Source: Candidatus Electronema aureum (GTDB taxonomy: Bacteria > Desulfobacterota > Desulfobulbia > Desulfobulbales > Desulfobulbaceae). Taken from it: a stretch of 32,000 bases of DNA. The notes under the pieces were generated by a model that saw only the letters and a program-made list of their open reading frames with translations, had not been told where the DNA came from and did no database searches. Positions 31,874 through 32,000 of this stretch are shown piece after piece (the first letter of the stretch is position 1; every line of letters begins with the position of its first letter). Both the position numbers and the translations under genes were made by a program. The stretch covers positions 26,415 through 58,414 of the forward strand of contig NQJD01000013.1 in NCBI GenBank assembly GCA_004284765.1. Direction: 5' to 3'.

Positions 31874-32000
31874 GGTAATAGAGATCTGTGAGTGATCAAT
31901 GAAATAAAATACAATCGTTGTAGTGATTAATAAATCTCCAAACAGATGCAGTTAAGTTTTCAATGCTTCTCGAAAACGACAATGTCTTCCTGACTAATGC
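31874..32000 (-). mobile_element. End of an IS1-family insertion sequence (truncated by the window edge)
   Basis: The plus strand from 31874 reads ggtaatagagatctgtgagtgatca. It starts with GGTAAT, like the E. coli IS1 terminal repeat (GGTAATGACTCC...), and lies 22 nt outside the transposase stop, similar to IS1 geometry. The comparison is from memory of the IS1 sequence. Confidence 0.5.
31896..32000 (-). CDS. IS1-family transposase (InsB-like), C-terminal 34 codons only
   Basis: Manual minus-strand translation to the window edge: ...ALVRKTLSFSRSIENLTASVWRFINHYNDCILFH*. Compare the E. coli IS1 InsB C-terminus [29 protein letters not shown] (recollection). The stop is at 31896-31898. Confidence 0.55.
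   Translation of the reverse strand, partial: ALVRKTLSFSRSIENLTASVWRFINHYNDCILFH

Noticed and set aside
1-32000. CRISPR arrays, rRNA genes and further tRNA genes.
   Set aside because: No regularly spaced direct repeats with unique spacers were seen on either strand. There are no rRNA-like conserved blocks. Only one tRNA cloverleaf (30893-30969) and the tmRNA could be folded by hand.

Overview
This is a bacterial chromosomal window. Gene content (delta-60-repeat protein, dapF-dapA-dapB, a tmRNA tag ending YALAA) suggests a Desulfobacterota/deltaproteobacterial-type host, but that cannot be verified from the sequence alone. Composition is strongly mosaic. Hand counts of single 60-nt lines give about 18% G+C at 13261 and about 67% at 15181.

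The GC-rich core carries an atypical SDR, an endonuclease III-exonuclease III fusion, a delta-60-repeat surface protein, a molybdopterin-binding protein, Trm112, a cysteine-rich repeat/beta-barrel protein, a GT2, dapF, dapA, dapB, yifB/comM, an APH-fold kinase, a lipoprotein, comB-smpB-ssrA, a coiled-coil/beta-barrel OMP, tRNA-Arg(CCG) and a PAP2 phosphatase.

AT-rich blocks interrupt this core:
- 1-3.1 kb: a glycan-modification cluster (WbqC, membrane GT2, methyltransferase, acetyltransferase) with overlapping start/stop codons.
- 12.7-14.7 kb: a polytopic membrane protein plus a methyltransferase wedged between dapF and dapA, followed by a decayed second copy of the dapF 3' end.
- 15.9-16.9 kb: a lone HNH-nuclease gene between dapA and dapB.
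- 21.2-27.7 kb: a tight five-gene operon next to the 3' end of ssrA. It encodes a phosphohexomutase, an Fe-ADH-like enzyme, an IMPase-fold phosphatase, a 749-aa kinase-like/AAA+ fusion and a nucleotidyltransferase.

An IS1-family element end lies at the right edge; it is listed separately because its composition was not assessed.

The five-gene operon is my best candidate for an undescribed system. The Cys-rich outer-membrane protein is second. Two copies of a 114-bp TIR element and one 71-bp palindromic element were also found. No CRISPR array, rRNA gene, integrase or prophage genes were seen.
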